From Pavona decussata (taxonomy: Eukaryota), in assembly GCA_977016875.1 (NCBI GenBank), contig CDRNST010000078.1, positions 4,960,001 through 5,024,000 on the forward strand: 64,000 nt of DNA. The letters run 5' to 3'. Position numbers and translations under genes: made by a program. The notes under the pieces are model-generated. The model ran no database searches, was not told the DNA's origin, and saw nothing but the letters and a program-made list of their open reading frames with translations. Shown here in pieces: positions 62,201 through 64,000 of this stretch. Every line of letters starts with the position of its first letter. The stretch's first letter is position 1.

Positions 62201-63595
62201 CTGTAATGGCTTGCTCTCTTAAAATTCCTTAAAATTTCAAATTATTCATCGTCGCTCAGTTTCCATGTGAAAGTTGTCGGCAAATGTAACATTACATTTT
62301 GAAAACCGAAATTTAGTAATATATACTTAAAGGCCCAGTTTCACCCATTCGGCTTTGCGGCCGTTTGTTATTGTTTAAAATCGCTTCTATTGTTTAGTCT
62401 TGCGATCTGATTGGTTTACCAGAATATTCCCGCTGGGATGAAAGTCCTGGCGCATTCAAAATAAATCAGACCACGCAAATCGGACTGGTTGATTTCGTTT
62501 CAGTCGCTCCGATTTATTTTAATCTCTAAACCTATAACAAATATGTACTCTCCAAAGCACTCGAGTTCTTTGTACTCCTTTGTGTAAAATTCTCGGCGAA
62601 CGAAATTCGAGGTGTGGTTCGTTTTTCTGCATTCATTCCTTTGAGCGACGCGGCGAAACAGTCGAACAGTTAAAGCCGGCAGCCCTCAACATTAAATAAT
62701 TTTGTGCCAAGATTTTCATTCTATTGTTGTATAAGTTAGACAGTAATCTTAAAGTGTCCTTTCGATTATTATAAAAGCTGACATGAAATGAAATTAACAG
62801 TGCTGGACTCGTTAGCTCAGTTAACATCGCTTCCAAAATTATAGCGAGCTGCGCCGATCTGGTCTATCTTACTATCATGAAATTATTTCTACCTTTGATG
62901 ATAAAGCAACGATGCTACGAACGAATCTGCAGCTTACTAAGCAAATGGGTATTTTAATTTATTTGCCTGTGACAATAAGAAAAAACGAAGGAACGCCACC
63001 TAGAAAACCATACAGTTTATTACGTCTCTTCGCAACGCTGTTTACAGGAATCGGGAGAATAAAATCGAATGGAGCTAAAAAAACTTACGTGTTAAGGTCA
63101 GACATCCGTAGAAATCAGGAACATCGCTACAACAGATGCATGCATGGAGACAACAAATCCTCCCGCTTCTTTGTTTCAGAATAAAAGCGAGACGAATACA
63201 TTCCTTCGGAATAACAACTGTACAACTACATTGTCAACGGCGAGATGTTACTTAGAAGCGACCGACGATTTTCCAATTTTCCTTTCCACACGAAGACTGT
63301 TCTTGAAAACATCCACATAAATAAAGCGAGAGGATATTATACAAAGCTTAGTGACACGAAAAATAGTGATATTCCAGGAAATGAGCTCGATGAATGTGGA
63401 TTACTTTCGCTATTTAGCGCTCGCTGGTAATTTTCTGAATTTTCGACTGTGCGAAATTCAGCTCGGCGCGCAATGTCTCTTGGGTGAACATGGGCCTTTG
63501 AAAAAATACAAGTCATATATTACCTGTTGCCGGAATCGGTGTCTGAGACGCTAATCTGTTTGTGGTTGGTGGGTTTGTCCGTGGAGTCAAAGTAG
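3439..63595 (-). CDS. Partial multi-exon gene: extracellular mosaic protein with P/S/T-rich stalk repeats, 3 CUB domains and 1 Ig-like domain (15 exons, 1794 nt, about 598 aa; both ends outside window or unseen)
   Basis: Exons 63595-63524, 61193-61122, 56803-56732, 55621-55550, 49474-49403, 47661-47590, 41603-41529, 38225-38069, 37299-37127, 20463-20392, 17137-16981, 14724-14552, 9931-9710, 4717-4561, 3614-3439 all have AG/GT ends, compatible phases and no stops. That they form one transcript is inference. Confidence 0.72.
4561..4717 (-). CDS. CUB domain 3, first exon (157 nt): [53 protein letters not shown]
   Basis: Hand translation (not in the ORF track); same splice sites as paralogs. Confidence 0.88.
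4775..5690 (-). mobile_element. Penelope-like retroelement 3' fragment with degenerate GIY-YIG endonuclease
   Basis: CVVYHFQCSLCDAGYVGYTYRHLHQRIQEH...NHL...DCLIF in ORF 5054..5395; frameshifted. Confidence 0.85.
5705..6030 (+). mobile_element. Penelope-like 3' end/pLTR, inverted relative to 4775-5110 (paralogs about 17205-17525 and 38293-38600)
   Basis: Reverse-complement similarity to 4780-5110. Confidence 0.75.
5967..6006 (+). ncRNA. Minimal type I hammerhead-like motif (U3-A8 core variant) in a Penelope pLTR; copies at 4801-4840 (-), 17467-17505 (+), degenerate 38546-38580 (+)
   Basis: TCAC-TTGAAAA-C-GACCT-AGGAG-AGGTC-GAAAC-GTC: core, stem II and palindromic ACGT stem III. Confidence 0.55.
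6407..8831. mobile_element. Degenerate Kolobok-like DNA transposon with THAP remnant, containing SINE and MITE insertions
   Basis: TTAA-(A)GTGC start and GTGAACT-TTGA end; paralog of 38993-40653. Confidence 0.5.
7752..8225. mobile_element. Cluster of tRNA-Thr(AGT)-like SINE fragments (one minus, two plus)
   Basis: tagctcagtggtagagcatccgaactAGTaa...ggttcgactcct A/B boxes; similar to 18541-18762. Confidence 0.6.
9710..9931 (-). CDS. Immunoglobulin-like domain exon (222 nt, phase 1-1)
   Basis: DKPKITIP...VKCSAEGTRPI...GNVTCTATNQAGTDSKTFSVT has the Ig Cys pair and C.A.N..G motif; atttcag acceptor; donor G|gtttgc (alternative in-phase donor at 9664). Confidence 0.8.
10107..10301. repeat. Two adjacent short palindromic MITE-like elements (10107-10198, 10217-10301)
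   Basis: AGGTGATTATAGA/TCTATAATCACCT and AACAATTATT..CGCGCGTTT/AAACGCGCG..AATAATTGTT inverted arms. Confidence 0.55.
10854..11320. mobile_element. Non-autonomous DNA transposon with CCCGGGG..TACT / AGTACC..GGG ends (EnSpm-like)
   Basis: Terminal inverted motif and repeated internal ACCCTGTTTAAGAC-like units. Confidence 0.6.
12393..12612. mobile_element. MITE (CAATCTCGTACCCAGAG terminus, nested inverted repeats)
   Basis: GTACCCAGAGTC / GACTCTGGGGTAC inverted motifs; right end degraded. Confidence 0.45.
12950..13190 (+). mobile_element. L2-type LINE 3' end fragment
   Basis: Degenerate GRSF..APTLWNALP..FKSLLKT and 3' stem-loop TGTAACGCGCCTT..AAGGCGC. Confidence 0.6.
14181..14230. repeat. (AAAT)n microsatellite
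   Basis: About 12 perfect units; absent from paralogous introns. Confidence 0.95.
14552..14724 (-). CDS. CUB domain 2, second exon (173 nt)
   Basis: Within ORF 14544..14801; protein identical to 37127-37299; tttgcag / gtaagt. Confidence 0.88.
15270..15515. repeat. Degenerate minisatellite (TACTTACAATACTACAG-like) in the L1 3' UTR
   Basis: Direct inspection. Confidence 0.8.
15708..16530 (-). pseudogene. L1-type ORF1p (coiled coil + RRM + CTD, Transposase_22-like), one frameshift near 15875
   Basis: LEQYSRRENLRFNNIPE, HAVHRVG..RPIIARF, then DYTKAIQDERRKL in the second frame. Confidence 0.88.
16981..17137 (-). CDS. CUB domain 2, first exon (157 nt)
   Basis: Protein identical to 38069-38225; same splice sites. 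Confidence 0.88.
18541..18762 (+). mobile_element. tRNA-Thr(AGT)-derived SINE-like repeat
   Basis: gtggtagagcatccgaactAGTaatcggaaggtcttaggtttgactcctg. Confidence 0.6.
18865..20050. mobile_element. Remnant of a helicase-carrying DNA transposon (AcademH-like): RecQ-type fragment (+) converging on a Cys-rich ORF fragment (-); paralogs about 47800-49060, 55760-56390, 61340-62140
   Basis: GKSLIF.AAP..FD...VVISPLMSL.KDQV (RecQ motifs I/Ia) at about 19035-19180 and 61760-62030; CLLC...FLCNDRC on the minus strand. Confidence 0.5.
20392..20463 (-). CDS. 72-nt stalk mini-exon, type A: (A)TLTPWTKPPTTNRSAFPTPSQTT
   Basis: ttcttaacag acceptor, G|gtaatg donor, open frame. Confidence 0.78.
20690..21012 (+). 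mobile_element. tRNA-core repeat flanked by about 50-bp inverted arms (second copy about 49635-49955; truncated at about 57020 and 63820)
   Basis: A box TAGCTCAGCTGG, B box GGTTCAAATC; arms 20729-20780 and 20957-21009. Confidence 0.65.
23203..23938. mobile_element. Helentron-associated-type non-autonomous insertion splitting the RT YLDD-equivalent motif
   Basis: Inserted in TT; terminal hairpin ATGCCC-TAAG-GGGCAT; subterminal IR GATGCCC/GGGCATC; flanks rejoin to IVNYLDKFLII. Confidence 0.55.
24207..25448. mobile_element. AcademH-like non-autonomous DNA transposon
   Basis: TIR TAGCCTGAGTATCAGGC / GCCTGATACTCGGGGTA; imperfect 9-bp TSD ATCTCTCGC/TTCTTTCGC; flanks rejoin to LQSLAGSLNFA. Confidence 0.7.
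32128..32147 (-). promoter_or_regulatory. Primer-binding site, tRNA-Trp-like
   Basis: TGGTGACCGCGGACGTGACC abutting the 5' LTR; resembles the complement of the tRNA-Trp 3' end. Confidence 0.7.
32169..33520 (-). mobile_element. 5'-truncated L2-clade LINE inserted in the BEL 5' LTR
   Basis: GVPQGSCLGPLLF, YADDTQLY, SRVDYCNSLL, LWNVLP; (ATT)n tail; one frameshift near 33140. Confidence 0.92.
37127..37299 (-). CDS. CUB domain 1, second exon (173 nt, phase 2-1)
   Basis: YDYLRI...GTYCG...ITFHSN...GYKLDF CUB motifs; tttgcag acceptor, gtaagt donor. Confidence 0.88.
38069..38225 (-). CDS. CUB domain 1, first exon (157 nt, phase 1-2)
   Basis: [29 protein letters not shown] matches the CUB CG..SP.YP..YP.N..C motif; ccaacag acceptor, gtacaa donor. 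Confidence 0.88.
38993..40653. mobile_element. Kolobok-like element with about 80-bp degenerate TIRs and THAP remnant
   Basis: AGTGC..TTTGGTGAGTATCTCTAC left, GTAGAGATGCCTACCAAA..GTGCACT-TTAG right; isolated right ends GTGCACT-TTAA at about 46935, 54910, 59735. Confidence 0.6.
40097..40363 (-). pseudogene. THAP zinc-finger remnant
   Basis: MPARCDAGGCS...P...RWVDFV...ICSKYF; conserved His replaced by Tyr; paralog about 7530-7745. Confidence 0.75.
40763..40994 (+). mobile_element. L2-type LINE 3' end with (TAT)n tail
   Basis: FKDRLKTHLF, GCGCGCGA..TCGCGCGC stem; ATGTG TSD; empty site near 8928. Confidence 0.75.
41529..41603 (-). CDS. 75-nt stalk mini-exon with one extra codon: (A)TLTLSTNQPTTNRPPVSPTPSQVP
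   Basis: ttcttaacag acceptor, G|gtaatg donor; the indel relative to other copies is exactly 3 nt. Confidence 0.8.
41818..42082 (+). mobile_element. tRNA-headed SINE with V-domain-like core
   Basis: GGCGCAGTGG A box, GGTTCAATTCC B box, GGTTTTTCTTCGGGTACTCCGGGTTTCTCC, (TTTA)n tail; absent from paralogous units. Confidence 0.75.
42110..46870 (-). mobile_element. Old degenerate BEL/Pao remnant, duplicated copy
   Basis: ALLEDAS protease region, GGRLENA, gag and RT fragments with many stops. Confidence 0.85.
47590..47661 (-). CDS. 72-nt stalk mini-exon, type B: (V)NVTPWTNPPTTNRAVSVTPSPAQ
   Basis: ttctcaacag acceptor, G|gtaata donor, open frame. Confidence 0.8.
49403..49474 (-). CDS. 72-nt stalk mini-exon, type A: (A)TLTPWTNPPTINRPASQTPSPAT
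   Basis: ttcttaacag acceptor, G|gtaaga donor; overlaps ORF 49284..49469. Confidence 0.8.
50100..54845 (-). mobile_element. Old degenerate BEL/Pao remnant, duplicated copy
   Basis: SDNGTHF..WHFNPP..LTPNHFL, LHTFVDAS..KSRVAPL..RLELM, ALLDDS. Confidence 0.88.
55550..55621 (-). CDS. 72-nt stalk mini-exon, type B: (V)NVTPSIDPPTTNRPASVTPSPAE
   Basis: ttctcaacag acceptor, G|gtaata donor, open frame. Confidence 0.8.
56732..56803 (-). CDS. 72-nt stalk mini-exon, type A: (V)TLTPWTNPPTTNRPASPTPSQAT
   Basis: ttcttaacag acceptor, G|gtaata donor, open frame. Confidence 0.8.
57085..59680 (-). mobile_element. Old BEL/Pao remnant, internally deleted copy (a further copy starts at about 63880)
   Basis: ALLDDASSKTYI; colinear with 51315-54845. 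Confidence 0.82.
59902..60469. mobile_element. piggyBac-like MITE in a TTAA site
   Basis: TTAA-CCTTGTCTAGACCG...CGGTCTAGATAGGG-GTAA; empty sites near 8998 and 41064; left-end-only copies at about 47112 and 55066. Confidence 0.72.
61122..61193 (-). CDS. 72-nt stalk mini-exon, type B: (A)NVTPWTTTPTTNRAASPTPSPAT
   Basis: ttcttaatag acceptor, G|gtaata donor, open frame. Confidence 0.8.
62331..63497. mobile_element. Kolobok-like non-autonomous element
   Basis: TTAA-AGGCCCAGTTTCACCCA...TGGGTGAACATGGGCCT-TTGA; empty site in other mini-exon units. Confidence 0.72.
63524..63595 (-). CDS. 72-nt phase 1-1 stalk mini-exon, type A: (A)TLTPRTNPPTTNRLASQTPIPAT
   Basis: ttcttaacag acceptor, G|gtaata donor, open frame, paralogous to 7 other copies. 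Confidence 0.8.
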
Positions 63596-64000
63596 CTGTT
63601 AAGAATCAATTAAGAAACACAATAAATAGAGACATCTTGTAAACCAGTTTTTCAAGGTGGTGTACTTGCAAACTTATCCATGATACCTGTCAGAAAACTG
63701 CCTGTATTTAATTATAGATCAACGGCACCTTTCCGAGAATCTGTTGAAGACTTCCAAACATTTGTGACCCGAGGGAGCGACCGACATTTTTGTAGAAAAA
63801 TATTAATATAAATACATAAGACATATATTTGTACTGCGGGTGGAAGATGAAAGAGAAGAAAGATCTTCGCAGTTTTTCGCTTTAAGCCGCTGCGTAGCAT
63901 TGTTTTTGATAGCTAACACAGTTGTCCCTCTATTGCTGCAGTCTGCTTGTAGGCGTGCTTGTTTCCTGACCTCTTTAGTTGCTGTTTCATGATATGATCT

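Larger units (their letters stand above)
42100..63880. repeat. Three tandem 7-8 kb units (about 42100-49960, 50090-57080, 57085-63880), each BEL remnant / Kolobok end / exon B / helicase-TE remnant / exon A / tRNA-core repeat
   Basis: Same order of landmarks in each unit. Confidence 0.85.

Overview
Eukaryotic, AT-rich, repeat-dense animal DNA. The repeat families and gene content suggest a scleractinian coral or other cnidarian (inference). Nearly the whole window is the middle of one large minus-strand gene; no start codon or certain terminal exon is seen. I can read 15 GT-AG exons that splice in frame to about 598 aa. In transcription order these are seven 72/75-nt Pro/Ser/Thr-rich mini-exons, CUB1, one more mini-exon, CUB2, an Ig-like domain and CUB3. 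Every module is phase 1-1, so each can be skipped or duplicated without a frameshift. The array was built by 7-8 kb tandem segmental duplications that carried transposon debris along. CUB1 and CUB2 are identical in protein, apparently by gene conversion. CUB3 has diverged more in the exon than in the flanking intron, mainly in the ligand-binding loops. The introns hold an intact Tc1 (DD34E) transposase, Penelope 3' ends with minimal hammerhead-like motifs, an ORF1-only L1/Tx1-type element with TSD and poly(A), an Ngaro/DIRS-type retrotransposon, a BEL/Pao element (LTRs, 5-bp TSD, tRNA-Trp PBS) with an L2 LINE in its 5' LTR, older BEL remnants, Kolobok-, piggyBac-, AcademH- and Helentron-like non-autonomous elements, and tRNA-derived repeats. 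Coordinates were read by eye; TE boundaries without a TSD are approximate.
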